Shown piece by piece: positions 1 to 11,883 of a stretch of 64,000 nt of DNA. The position numbers were made by a program, and so were the translations under genes. Under the pieces are notes generated by a model, which was not told where the DNA came from, searched no databases, and saw only the letters and a list, made by a program, of their open reading frames with translations. This DNA is from Massalongia carnosa. Lineage: Eukaryota. How positions within the stretch are numbered: position 1 is the stretch's first letter; each line of letters starts with the position of its first letter. The stretch is from NCBI GenBank assembly GCA_965645245.1, contig OZ287082.1, forward strand, positions 124,001 through 188,000. The letters are read 5' to 3'.

Positions 1-3000
1 AGTGCTTAAACTCCTCAATGGACTCGGCAGTTCATTCAACACCTACCTGACCATCCTGAACGAACAAGCCCGGCGGAAGGACAAATTCCCGGCGTTGGAT
101 GACTTACTAAAAACCTGGAGGACGAGGAGGCTCGTATGCGCCAGGACCCTGTCGCCATAGCTAGCATGCTGAAGACAAAGGGTAAGAAGAACCCCACCGA
201 AGAGGGTAAGAACAAATGCAAATGCTGGGGTTATAATCACTCCGGAAAATGCAGGCATAGCAACGCTACATGTAGGAAGTGTAGTAAGATGGGCCATCTG
301 GAACGCGTTTGTGAAAGCAAAGAAGGTAATGAAACCTCAAAACCCCAAATAGTCTGTGCAATAAGGGAATGTTTCCGGACAACGACCCAGAAAACACCGC
401 TTATTTGCCTGGCAAATCTGTACCGAGGCCCCAAAAACACCCACGACCTGTTGATCGACTCCGGTGCCACCGCGCACATTGTTTGCAATAAAACCCTTTT
501 TCAAGAGGGGACCTTTCGGATCGAACACAACCACCTGGAATCAGGTTCCGGAGAGGTGTTATCAACGGAAGGAAGAGGTTCCCTGGTTCTATCAGTAAAC
601 CAATGGAAATGGAAGCGCAATGGACCTCATCCTAACCAACATCCTTTTCGCCCCCGATCTAAAATTCAACCTCATCAGCACAATACAACTCGGCAAGAAG
701 GGCATATCAACGTACCTGATGGCGGATGACAAACCCGCCCAACTGATATACAAAGAAAGGGTGGTTGGACTGACCAAAACAATAAACGACCAATATGTTT
801 TGCATACAACTACTACGGGCCCTCGCCACCACAAATTCGGCAAAGGCCCCTATCCAAACATGGCACGAACGACTCGGCCACCTCAGCTACCCCAACCTCC
901 TAAAATTAAACCATTTGGCCAAAGGAGTCACCATCGAGGGACCTATACCGGAAGGAGTATGCGGCCCATGCATGATGGGTAGACAACAAAGGAAAATAAA
1001 TCGCACCCCAAGGACCCGAGCAACAGGATTTCTGGACCTACTGCATAGCGATCTTGGGGGACCATTCCCGCTGACAAGGTTTGGCGAACGCTTTTATGTT
1101 ACGATAAAAGATAATTATTCCGGGGTAGTGTGGGTTTATCTGATGAAAACAAAAGGTCAAACCTTCGAATGTTTCAAGCAGTTCAAAACATGGATAGAAA
1201 ATCAATCGGGAAAGAAAATAAAGAGTCTTCGAGCTGATGGAGGAGGGGAGTACACCAGTGGCGATTTCCAGGAATTCCTGAAGAAGGAAGGAATCCAATG
1301 GGAGGCCCGGGCACCAAATGTGCCAGAACAGAATGGGAAGGCCGAAAGGCAAAATTATACCCTCATGGTCCCCACCCGGTCCATGATGAAAGCTAAGAAA
1401 AATCCCTTTGGGGGGAGGTTTTGAAGACGGCCGGGTACATTAAGAATATAAGTCCCGGGGTCGACGAGGTCACTCCTTATGAACGCATGAACGATGCGAA
1501 ACCCTTCCTCGGCCACATGAGAATGGTCGGGGCAAGGACGTGGGTACACATCCCAAAAGAGAAAAGAAAGAAGCTGGATGACCGTTCCTGGCAGGGAATA
1601 TTTGTCGGGTACGATGGAAACAATCAATTTCGAATCTACGATCCTCTTACCGGAAAGGTCCAATGTTTGTCGCGATATCACTGTCGATGAAGGCAATGCA
1701 TATGATCTCAAGGACAAAAATGCCTGGGACCTCGCCGACATTCCATGGGAGCAGGACGATGATGGTTTATTTGATGATCCAGACGACTTCGTTGATGAAA
1801 ACAAAGTCGGACATCCAAGTTCGTTATCTCCAGTAACTCCGAGCTCTGAAATATCGAGAAGTCCGGTAGTCCAACAAGACATGGCCCCACCAGCACCACG
1901 AATAATGCTCCAACCAATTGGAGTAGATGCTTCGGGAGGAGGCCAAGCCGAGGAGAATGGGGGCGAGAATGACTCCGATGAAGTGGAGGACATTCCTCGC
2001 TAGCCCATCGAGCCTCGGAGGTCTGGACGAATAAGGGTCCCCAGCCAAAGAGCGCTGGAGAACATTCGGCCCAGCATCAATCTATATAGGTCAGACCAGG
2101 TCCCAAAATCCCACGAACACATGATACGGGTGCTGGCTACCCTGGCAATAGGCGGGGACAACGAGGGCCTCGATGAACCTTTGACTCTGAAGGAGGCAGT
2201 GTCCTCACCCCACTGGGAACAATGGAAAAGGCCATGGAGGCCGAGTATCAATCCCTAATGGAAAATGAAACATGGAAACTGGAAACAGCACCGCTCGATC
2301 GAAATGTGATCACCGGTCGCTAGGTCGCTAGGTGTTCAAAATAAAGAAAGACAGAGACGGGAAAAGTACTGAAATATAAAGCAAGATGGGTAGTTCATGG
2401 CTATAAACAAAAGGAAGGCCTAACCATTCATCAAATGGATGCGGTGACTGCTTTCCTATATGGCTTCCTAGATGAAGCTATATATGTCATACAACCCACC
2501 TTGTTTGAAAAGGGGGAGGACAAGGTCTGCTTACTTCGAAAAGCCCTATATGGCCTGAAACAATCCCCTCGTGTATGGTATCAGACCTTGTAGGATTTTC
2601 TGCAAAAGATGGAGTTTAAACGAAAAATTCCGACTATGGAGTCTTCGTTTCGGACGATATGTTCATAGCGATTTACATTGACGACCTCCTCATCTTCGGA
2701 AAAGATACTTCAAAATTACAGCAGCTGCAACACGAATTTAAGTCTCGATTCCGCATGACGGTCTTGGGAGAAGTTTCCCACTATTTGGGAATTGAGGTGA
2801 ACGTCAACACCGAAAAATCAGTCATAACTCTCCGGCAAACAACCTATCTGAAGAAGGTGCTGCATCGATTTAACATGCTCGATTGCAAATCCATTTCCAC
2901 CCCTATGGACTCCGGTGCCGGAAACACACTCATGCCGTCGGATGACCAGGCCGACAAGGAAACAATTACCTGGTACCAGTCGGTGGTAGGCTGGCTGATG

Positions 3001-3630
3001 TGGCCAGCCATGCATACACGCCCCGACATCGCCTATGTAGTGGGAGTCCTAAGCCGATATTGTTCGAACCCAGGCCCACTTCATTGTAAATACCTCCAGC
3101 GAATTATGCGCTATATTTCCAGTACCTTAAACGAAGGCCTCGTGTTCAGAAGAGACACCGAGGATGACATTGTAGGGTACTCGGACTCCGATTATGCTGG
3201 AACGAAAGATGGGAGAAAATCGACCGGGGCCTATACGTTTTTGTTAGCAGGCGCCCCAATTTCTCACTATTCCAAGCTGCAACCTACCGTCGCCCTATCC
3301 ACCTGCGAGGCCGAATATATGGCCCTGACGGAAGCAGCTAAAGAGGCAATTTGGTGCGCGCGATTTCTGGCAGAGTTAGGATATCGGAAGGACACCCTTG
3401 ACCTACTTCGAGGGGACAATCAAGGGTCAATTGCATTGGATGAAAACCCCGAATTCCACCGTCGAACCAAGCACATCGAAATCAAATGGCATTGGATCAG
3501 GGAGGTGGTTGAATTGAGAAGGGTAAGCATCAAGTTTATCCCTACCACAGAGATGGTGGCTGATGGGCTTACAAAGCCACTGGCCGCTAAACCCTTTGAG
3601 GACTTTAAGTCAATGCTTGGCATGGGGTAA
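1..3630 (+). pseudogene. Copia-1 gag-pol, broken by several frameshifts and stops
   Basis: ORF fragments 136-729, 620-982, 795-1424, 1421-1690, 1578-2003 and 2659-3630 are colinear with the Copia-2 polyprotein at 55930-60329. Confidence 0.9.
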
Positions 3631-3956
3631 ACCCAAAGAGGAAAAAATATCCGGATAGTCTCAAGATGGCTGAATGGGAGTGTTAGATGTTAGATGATGA
3701 GGCCACCATCAATATGGGCATCCATCATGAGCCGCAGGAGGTACCTGGCAAAGTGTGACGAAGCGAGATAGTGAATACTGTGTAGATTTCTACCATTGCG
3801 CCACCTGTCCTCCCGACCAAAAGGCACAATACTTAGTCCGCAGACCAACCTCTATTCTACCGAGAAGACTCGGGACGTCCCCCAAGCAAAAATCATTCCA
3901 AATTAGGACTAGCTACAAGCCACCTCCCCATACTAAATAATTAGGTGCATTTAATA
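1..3956 (+). mobile_element. Degenerate Ty1/Copia LTR retrotransposon (Copia-1), 5' part outside the window
   Basis: Domain order zinc knuckle (CRKCSKMGHLERVC), protease (LIDSGAT), integrase (HSDLGGP, RADGGGEY, PEQNGKAER), RT (IYIDDLL), RNase H (YSDSDYAG, TKHIEIKWH, MVADGLTK). Purine tract GATGGCTGAATGGGAG is followed by the 3' LTR starting TGTTAGA at 3681; the LTR end near 3956 is approximate. Confidence 0.93.
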
Positions 3957-4095
3957 ATAGTATCCCTCTCGCTGTCATTCTAGCACCCCCCCCCAAGCTA
4001 AACCATTGTTGGTTAGAAAGCGCTAAACCTTAAACTTTTGACCAATCAATGTTATTCCTATTCACAAGAAGTTGTACGGAGTATCAGATACCTAT

Positions 4096-7000
4096 TTACT
4101 CGTCCCCTATCATATGAATAGCTTCCCAACAGCTGGCTTTCTTACAGCAGGGCCTGATTGGATTACATCCTCCACAAGCCCATATAGTCTGAGCACCCCT
4201 TCGCCTTCTTTTACGCCCATCGACACTTATTTCAGCCAGTGGCTCTCCCTTCCGCTTTGAAGGTCGTTTTTTCTCGGCGTTACATTGCACACATCTTTTT
4301 CTGCCTTCAAGACGAACGTAATGATGAATGGGAGATGGTACTAAAGCATCAATCGTGGTATTGATGCTTATCTTTGATGAGCCGGGCCTGATGCCCGCTT
4401 GATTTGATATCAGTTCAAGAGCAATCCGACGAAGAAATTCAGAACGAGTAAATTTTATCTCCTCGGAATCGAAAGAGTTCAGCGAGTAAAGTTTATAGGC
4501 ATTCAATCCGGCTGCATCTAAAATAAAAATGAACAAAGGCCACCAGTAACGATCCGTTCGACGATTGTATGAGTAAATCGCTCGTTGCTGAGCGTTTCCA
4601 TCCGATCCCCCCATATGAAGATTATATTCTTTGATTGGGGCTGGTATCGGTAATCCTAAGGGCCGTTGAACCTCTTGATTGAGCAAGGGAATGGAGTGAG
4701 CCAGAGTTGATGGGAAATACGATACAATAGGTTGAAGAGAGGTCTCGGGAATTCCATATCTCTTGTGCGGATTTATATAGTGCATTTCGTACAAGTCCTG
4801 AGGAGAATGACCGGTGGTCATGTACTGCACACCATTATTATCCACCCAGCCCATACAAAGCACCTTATCGTCGACCACCATATGGGCCTGAAGACCCCAG
4901 TCTTTTCCTTTTGAAGTGACGTCCCGTATGGCCAACAATTCTTCTGGAAAGCCCGAGCCCTTTTTAGCAGTTCCACTGGCAGCTATTCCGATTGATCGAA
5001 GTGCCTTGAATAATTTCGTACTAGTAAAGAAATTATCACAGAAAAGATGATAATTCAGTGAGGATGGAAGTTCTTTACATAACTGAATCACTAGCAAAGC
5101 ACTAGGAGTTAGTTTATCTTTTGGCAAAAATCCCAATTGTCTGACTGTTTTCAATTCACTTATTCTGCTACTCTTCGAGGCAAACATAAATGACAACAGA
5201 TAATTATCCTGACAGAGACTGTAGATTTTAAATCCTTTATGGGCACTTTTTGTAGTAATCTGCAAGGTATGTCGAGAACGGCCCTTGAATAACACCAGCT
5301 GTTCATCTATAGATATCATACTTCCTGGTCTGCAATGTTTCAATGAAGTCTTTCGGAAATCAGTAGCCAACGGTTCCAGTTTCTTCCACCAATCAGGTCC
5401 TTGACCAAGTCCGATAGGCTCAGTCTGTCCATTATTGATTTTCAAAAATCGTTTGATTTGTTGAAATCTGTTATGATCTACCTAGAGACTAGTCATAGGG
5501 ACACTAGAAACGAATACAATCAAGATGAAGAAAAGATCAATTGAAAGACAAATCTCGCTCCTATATAGTCCAGCGGCCCCTAGCCCTCGACCGACTCGTG
5601 GAAGGATCTAGAAGGTTCGAGCATTGACCAGCTATGGAAACCGTGAATGCCGCGATGAGTCTAGCGCGCACACGCGATCCCGTGACTTCGGCTTGTGGCT
5701 TGTTCCGCTCCAGTCTACCGAAGTAGTGCCGAGTAGAACCGTGACACTACCCCCCGCTTTAGATCGCGAGTCACCTGACCGCGATAATGTCCGCGTTATC
5801 TCCGCTTAATCTGAGACTAAGTGACCGATGCGATTAGTGCGATCATCGCGGTTTATTTGGGTTTCGTTGATGGAAGTCCTCCACCACTTCTTTTGCATTT
5901 TCGAAACCTTCGGCATCATACCATGTCAGGTCCTCGTCAATTCCCTTCCATTTGACCTTGTATTGTACCTTTCGGTACCGCTTTCGTGAGTCCAGAATGT
6001 CATCAAGTTCCCATTCTTCGCTACCTTCTACTACTATGGGTGGCGGTGGCTCGTTTATCTGACCTGGGAGTGGGTCGTCTGAGGCCTTTCGAAGCAAGCT
6101 GGTATGGAAGACATCGTGAATTTTCATTGATGGTGGCAATTCTAGTTGACAGGATGACCCTACTAACTTCTTGACTCGATAGGGTCCAATCATCTTATGG
6201 TCCAATTTCTTGGACGTTCGTTCTGTCTTGATATTTCGAGTAGATAACCATACCATGTCGCCTACTTCATATGAGACGTCTCTTCGGTGTCGGTCAGCTG
6301 CTGTTATTTGCCTTTCTTGGGCCTTTCCCATATTTTGTTTGACGAAATCCCAGATTTTCTTCATGTCCTCGGTAATCGCTCGGGCTTTTCCATTGGCTAG
6401 CCTTTCCCTTGTTGATTCTGACGACAGTTCGATTGGGTCGAAACTCATCCTTGGTTCATAACCTTTCGTGGCCATGAATGGTGACAGTCCGGTAGTGGCC
6501 GATGGTGCGCTGTTTGCGGCAAATTCCGCTATTGGAAGAAGGTCCGCCCAGTCGTCCTGATTATAGTTCACGAAACTCCGAAGGTGACGTTCCATTTCCT
6601 GATTCGCGATTTCACTTTGTCCATCTGTTTCTGGATGATAGGCTGTGGACAATTTCGCTGTGATTCCAAGGATTTTACACCATGCTTTCCAAACTGTTGA
6701 TGTGAATTGGGGGCCCCGGTCCGATACTATGCTGCTTGGGAGTCCATGATAGCGCCATACGTTGTCCACTAGGAGTTTTGCTGTGGCCTCGGACGTAGTT
6801 CCTTCTTCATCACATGTGCATGGGATATAGTGTCTCTCTTTGGACAGTCGGTCTACTACCATCAGGATGGCGTCATTTCCATTGCTCTTCGGGAGGCCGG
6901 TAACGTAGTCTAGGGTGATGTCCATCCATGGTCTTTCTGGTATGGGTAGCGGTTTCAGCAGTCCATTATACTTGTCCCTTGGGGCCTTGGCTCGTCGACA

Positions 7001-10000
7001 CACATGGCAATTTCGCACATAGCGGCGTATGTCCTTGTTCATGCCTGGCCAATAGTAGTTCCGGCCGATTACATTCACCGTTCTGGCCATTCCGGGGTGC
7101 CCTACCGCCACTTGGTCGTGTATTTGCCGAATAACCTCTAGGATGGTCTCTTTCTTGTCCGGCACCCATAAGCCCTTTCGTTTGTATAGCAGTCCGTTCT
7201 TCTCGGTGCAGTTCTTTATGTCCGGTAGAGAGTCGTCATCAGAGTTTCCTTCCTTTATCGCGTTTCGTATTCGGGTGCAGAGTTCGTCTTCGAGGTTTTC
7301 CTGTTTGATTCTTTCGTCGAGGGTCGGGAGTTCGGGGTCGGGTTCATCGTTCCGTGTCGTTTCTTCTGGTTCCGTCGCTTCTTCAATGGGCTGAAGTTCC
7401 AATCTTTCCGGGGGCAGTAGCGTCTGCAATTGGTGCTGCTGCCTTTCATCATCATCGTCGTGGGGCTTATCGTTTGGCCTTCGGGTTAGCGCGTCTGCTT
7501 TTTCATTTTTCTTTCCAGGCCGGTAGGTGATGACGAAATTGAACTCCGAAAGGAACTCCGCCCATCGGGCTTGCCGTCTAGTTAGTTTCTTCGTGGTCAT
7601 AAAATACTCCAGGCTACGATGGTCGGTGAAGATTTTCACTGGTAACTCCGTGCTTTCGAGTTCCGGCTTCCATTGTTCAAAGCATCGAATGATTGCTAGC
7701 AGTTCCTTGTCATAGATTTCGTAGTTGCATTCCGCTGGGCTCATGTTCTTTGAAAAGAAGGCTACCGGGTGAAGTTCTCCGTCGTCTCCTATCTGGGACA
7801 ACACACCTCCATTGACATGGTCCGAAGAGTCCGTTTCCAAGTAGCACTGCTTGTTCCGGTCGAAATGTATGAGGATTGGGGCTTCACCGATCCGTTTCTG
7901 TAACGTCCTGAAAGCCTTTTCACATGCTGGGGTCCACTCGAATATCCGTTCTTTCTTTGTAAGGGCGTTCAATGGTTTGGCAATTTTTGAAAAACCCCTG
8001 ATGAACCGACGATAGAAATTGCAAAAACCAATGAACGACCGAACTTCACGTAGGCAGGTGGGGGTTTCCCATTCCTGAATAGCTTTGATTTTGGCCGGGT
8101 CCATGCGAATGCCATCAACTCCTATGATCAGTCCCAGATATTTCGTTTCCGTCACATGGAATTCACATTTGTCTACGTCAGCCTGAAGTCCGGCCTCTCG
8201 AAGCTTTGTCAAAACGGCCCGCACATGTTCCCGATGCTCTTTCAGGTTCTTGCTATAAATCAGAATGTCATCCAGGTAAGCCGTGCAGAATTTGTCCAGA
8301 TAATCGAACAACACATCATTGATGAAGTGCTGCCAGGTCGACGGTCCTCCGGAAAGTCCAAACGGTAATACCTTGTATTTATAAGCGCCAAAACGGGACT
8401 TGAACGTGGTCAGGTCTTCAGATTCCATGGCCATTCGGAGCTTGTGGAACGCCTGTCGGATGTCAATTTTTGAAAAGATCTTAGCTTCCTTCAGCTGGGC
8501 CAGTGTTTCCTCGATCAGCGGGATTGGATAGCGGTCTTTCTTTGACAGCTGGTTCAGCCTTCTATAGTCGACACAAAAGCGAAGTCCTCCATTGGGCTTT
8601 CTGGCCAAAAGAATTGGGGACGAACAAGCTGCGTGGCTAGCCTCAATGAACCCTTTTCGGAGGTTCTCTTCCAGGTATTTCTTGACGAATTCCAGCTCTT
8701 TTTGGGACATGCTTCTGAGAGGGCTATGTCCGTGATCTTTTCCGCCTTCCAGAATGATTCGATGATCATAGGGGCGGTGAGGTGCCAGCGTGTCGGATGC
8801 AGCCTTTGAAAAGACATCCAGGAATTCATGGTAATCTGGGGGAACTACGGTCTTCGGGTCAGTAGGGGGACGGTCTTCTTTATTCAGCTGGTACTCGATG
8901 TCTTTCAATGAGATGGAAAATAATTCAACGTCCTTTTGTTTGGACAATAATCGGTACGCAGCGGCCCCTATCATCGCCATCTCTAGCGGCTTTTCCTCGG
9001 TAGTCGGTTTAACCTTGATTCCGGAGTCTGATAGTCCTTCTGATAGTCCCTTGTTCGACGTCGTCTTGGTTGAAATTGCCGGTTCTGGCCTGGTTTTTCC
9101 AGGTTCGTTTTGATTCATTCTGGTCAGGATTTTCATGGCCTTCTTCGGTTCAGCGGGTTCTTTTGTCGTCTTCGTTATCTTCTTTTCTGATGGTGGCTTC
9201 GATATACCCGAATGCGTGCAGTGTCCGGGCCAAAAGACTATCTGGTCGGTGGCCATGTCTATGATCACCCCGTGCTTCCTCATCCATGGTTTTCCGAGAA
9301 TCATCTTGTGTTGTCCGAGTTTGGTGATCAACAGGGGGGCGACCGTTTCCATATGGTCTTGCACGGTAAGAGTAGGATAGATGGCATGAGTAATGTCTTT
9401 ACCTCTTTTACCATCGAACCCTTTCACCGGTTTCGGTCGTGTTAGTCTCTGAGGGGAAATCTGAAGCTTTTCGCAAACTTCACGCGCAGTCGTTTCATCA
9501 ATGAAAGCGTGTCCTGTTGCACCCGTGTCCAACAGTCCCATTACTTTTATTTCTTCGCTGTTACCTAGCCTACATTGTATGACTAGAGGTTCATCCGTAA
9601 ACAAATCGCCTGGTAAACAGCTAGATGAAATCAACAAAGGTTCACCTCCATCCGCGCCTTCGGTGGAGGTCATTCTTTTCCCGAATTGGCTTCCTCAGCG
9701 ATCTCCTGTATTCTCGCTGGCCGATTCTTCTTCTTTTCGCAGTCCCTAGATAAATGTCCCGTTTCCTTGCAAAAGAAACAACGACCTTCCCTTGTCAGTC
9801 GCTCCTTTTCCTCGTCTGACATGTAGTAAGTGGTCCTTGGTGTAGATGGGTTGGAGGTCGGGCGGGGCGGCACGTAGGTCTTGGTGGTGGCCGTCGTGGT
9901 TGTCCTTGTAGCGGAGGTGCTCGGGGTGCTCTGAGCCATGCTAGCACGTTTCTCGGCGAACCGTTCCATGCTGGCCTTACTTCGGTCCGACTCCTTGAGG

Positions 10001-11883
10001 CTCTGGTAAAGGCGTTGACACTTCTGCGCGAATTCGTATAGGTCGGTCGGTTCCAGGTCGCCGGTAGCCAATTGTCTGCTCATTTCCCAAGAGAGCTTAT
10101 ACTTCAATTCACCGATTAGCGTTTCCTCGTTATGGTCCAACTCAGCTGCTAGACGTTGGAACTCGGCCCAAAAGGTGTTGAAGTCCTTGCTTCCTTGTTT
10201 GAGCGATCGGAAATTGTTCATGGCGGTCCGCTTGCGGTTAGGGTCGCCGTATATGCGTTCTAATTGGTCGAACATTTCCTCGGCCGTCGTAAAGGGTCTG
10301 ATGGCACCTTTCCGAAGTCGAGGTTCAAGGTGACCCATAGCTTCGCCACCGACCCGGTTCTCCACGTATGCCTTCTTTAGGACTTCTGTCGGCATGTGGT
10401 CATCATTGGCCGCTAGTTTGCTCCGCATCTTCGTTAGCCAATGGTCAATGGAAATCTCTTTTCCATCGGTAAAGATGGGTGGGTCAGGGAGTTTCATGGA
10501 CTTCTTCTTGTCCGTTCCATCGGTCACCTGGGTGCTGGGTGTGTGAGAAGGAGAGCGAGGGCGTGGTGGTTCTCGGGTTGGTTCCTTGGTGGCCTGACGC
10601 CGTGCCTCCCTGAGTTCCTCCTTCTGGTACTCCACAATTCCCTCTAGCTGGTTTATCCTATCTCGAAAACATTCCATCTTTCCGACCGCGTTACCATGGC
10701 GGATGAGATTGTCGAGGTAGGTGGCCTTCAGATCCTGGAACATGTCGGATACCGCTTGTGGGTCATGCTCCATCCATGCCTTCAATTGTCGCACGTTCTC
10801 CACCATCATAGGTTCAGCTACTTCTAGTTCGTCGTCAGTTTCTCGGGTTTCTGGAATGATGGACTCCCGTCTAGTTGGGAGGTCATCTTCGATTATCATG
10901 GGTCGCGCCATCACTGTAGGGGAGGCTTCCTTCGGTTCTTCTAGGTTCGTTTTCTAGGTTTGGTTCCGTTCGGTTCGGTTCGGTTCGGTGCCAACGCAGT
11001 GGCGGTCTCTGGTTCTTCTGGTTTCGTTTCGGTTCGTCGTTTTGGTTCAGGTTCGGTTTCTTTTCAGTGTCTTCGTGGTTCAGGTGAGTTCTTTTATATC
11101 CCTCACGAAGGATAGCGAAGGTAAATGATCTTGATTGTAATGTTATGATCTACCTAGAGACTAGTCATAGGGACACTAGAAACGAATACAATCAAGATGA
11201 AGAAAAGATCAATTGAAAGACAAATCTCGCTCCTATATAGTCCAGCGGCCCCTAGCCCTCGACCGACTCGTGGAAGGATCTAGAAGGTTCGAGCATTGAC
11301 CAGCTATGGAAACCGTGAATGCCGCGATGAGTCTAGCGCGCACACGCGATCCCGTGACTTCGGCTTGTGGCTTGTTCCGCTCCAGTCTACCGAAGTAGTG
11401 CCGAGTAGAACCGTGACAAAATCGACCAAGCGACATCGCGGACAGAATAGGCATGATAACTGGTTTGTCAGGACGTTGATTCCAATAATCCTCTGTAGTA
11501 GGTAGATGATCGAGTCCCATAAGAATTAATATGCCCAAAAAAACCTCAATTTCCGAGTCAGTAGTGTCAGTCCAAACCCGATGATTGTTCTCCTTCTCCT
11601 TTTCCATGTAGTTATTTGCCTTGATATTGGTATGATTTGCGATGATACGACAATGCTGCCTTGTTATAAATAACCGAAATAATCCCAAAGGATTTCGAGA
11701 ATCGTTTTCAACGAGCGGAACAAAAGGCCTGTTTTCAACCCGAATGGGGGTATATTTTGAGGAAATAGGGGGAAGGTCGATTAAAATATCCCGAACACTT
11801 CTTTTGCGATTTATTTTATGTTGCTTCGCTGAAATGGGAGATTTGTCTGATACACTCGGGATTTCTTCTTCATTGAGCGTCAT
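4096..11883 (-). CDS. piggyBac-family (PGBD-like) DDD transposase, about 610 aa once the Gypsy insertion is removed (11883-11419 + 5463-4096)
   Basis: Motifs ISIDEQLVLFKGR, LFCDNFFTS, YNLHMGGSD, YWWPLFIFILD and a C-terminal Cys-rich domain. The junction reads in frame as AMSLGRF|QQIKRFLKINN. Confidence 0.9.
5843..9673 (-). CDS. Gypsy-1 Pol: protease, RT, RNase H, integrase, chromodomain
   Basis: LLDTGAT; LRFCVDYR and AYLDDILIYS; ETDSSD and YDKELLAI; HPG..CHVC, SDRGPQF, ETDGQSE; chromodomain EEWELDDILDSR..YKVKWKG. Confidence 0.96.
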   Translation of the reverse strand: MTSTEGADGGEPLLISSSCLPGDLFTDEPLVIQCRLGNSEEIKVMGLLDTGATGHAFIDETTAREVCEKLQISPQRLTRPKPVKGFDGKRGKDITHAIYPTLTVQDHMETVAPLLITKLGQHKMILGKPWMRKHGVIIDMATDQIVFWPGHCTHSGISKPPSEKKITKTTKEPAEPKKAMKILTRMNQNEPGKTRPEPAISTKTTSNKGLSEGLSDSGIKVKPTTEEKPLEMAMIGAAAYRLLSKQKDVELFSISLKDIEYQLNKEDRPPTDPKTVVPPDYHEFLDVFSKAASDTLAPHRPYDHRIILEGGKDHGHSPLRSMSQKELEFVKKYLEENLRKGFIEASHAACSSPILLARKPNGGLRFCVDYRRLNQLSKKDRYPIPLIEETLAQLKEAKIFSKIDIRQAFHKLRMAMESEDLTTFKSRFGAYKYKVLPFGLSGGPSTWQHFINDVLFDYLDKFCTAYLDDILIYSKNLKEHREHVRAVLTKLREAGLQADVDKCEFHVTETKYLGLIIGVDGIRMDPAKIKAIQEWETPTCLREVRSFIGFCNFYRRFIRGFSKIAKPLNALTKKERIFEWTPACEKAFRTLQKRIGEAPILIHFDRNKQCYLETDSSDHVNGGVLSQIGDDGELHPVAFFSKNMSPAECNYEIYDKELLAIIRCFEQWKPELESTELPVKIFTDHRSLEYFMTTKKLTRRQARWAEFLSEFNFVITYRPGKKNEKADALTRRPNDKPHDDDDERQQHQLQTLLPPERLELQPIEEATEPEETTRNDEPDPELPTLDERIKQENLEDELCTRIRNAIKEGNSDDDSLPDIKNCTEKNGLLYKRKGLWVPDKKETILEVIRQIHDQVAVGHPGMARTVNVIGRNYYWPGMNKDIRRYVRNCHVCRRAKAPRDKYNGLLKPLPIPERPWMDITLDYVTGLPKSNGNDAILMVVDRLSKERHYIPCTCDEEGTTSEATAKLLVDNVWRYHGLPSSIVSDRGPQFTSTVWKAWCKILGITAKLSTAYHPETDGQSEIANQEMERHLRSFVNYNQDDWADLLPIAEFAANSAPSATTGLSPFMATKGYEPRMSFDPIELSSESTRERLANGKARAITEDMKKIWDFVKQNMGKAQERQITAADRHRRDVSYEVGDMVWLSTRNIKTERTSKKLDHKMIGPYRVKKLVGSSCQLELPPSMKIHDVFHTSLLRKASDDPLPGQINEPPPPIVVEGSEEWELDDILDSRKRYRKVQYKVKWKGIDEDLTWYDAEGFENAKEVVEDFHQRNPNKPR
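9670..10911 (-). CDS. Gypsy-1 Gag
   Basis: KLPDPPIFTDGK capsid-type motif and CCHC knuckle CFFCKETGHLSRDC. Confidence 0.93.
   Translation of the reverse strand: MARPMIIEDDLPTRRESIIPETRETDDELEVAEPMMVENVRQLKAWMEHDPQAVSDMFQDLKATYLDNLIRHGNAVGKMECFRDRINQLEGIVEYQKEELREARRQATKEPTREPPRPRSPSHTPSTQVTDGTDKKKSMKLPDPPIFTDGKEISIDHWLTKMRSKLAANDDHMPTEVLKKAYVENRVGGEAMGHLEPRLRKGAIRPFTTAEEMFDQLERIYGDPNRKRTAMNNFRSLKQGSKDFNTFWAEFQRLAAELDHNEETLIGELKYKLSWEMSRQLATGDLEPTDLYEFAQKCQRLYQSLKESDRSKASMERFAEKRASMAQSTPSTSATRTTTTATTKTYVPPRPTSNPSTPRTTYYMSDEEKERLTREGRCFFCKETGHLSRDCEKKKNRPARIQEIAEEANSGKE

Larger units (their letters stand above)
5469..11418 (-). mobile_element. Intact Ty3/Gypsy chromovirus (Gypsy-1)
   Basis: 278-bp LTRs at 5469-5746 and 11141-11418 (TG...CA, identical by eye), 5-bp TSD AAATC, PPT AAAGCGGGGGGTAG on the minus strand next to 5747, gag and pol ORFs. 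Confidence 0.97.

Noticed and set aside
11233..11418. C-terminal part of ORF 11233-11988 and twin ORFs 5624-5809 / 11296-11505
   Set aside because: Read-through into, or chance frames within, the Gypsy-1 LTR.
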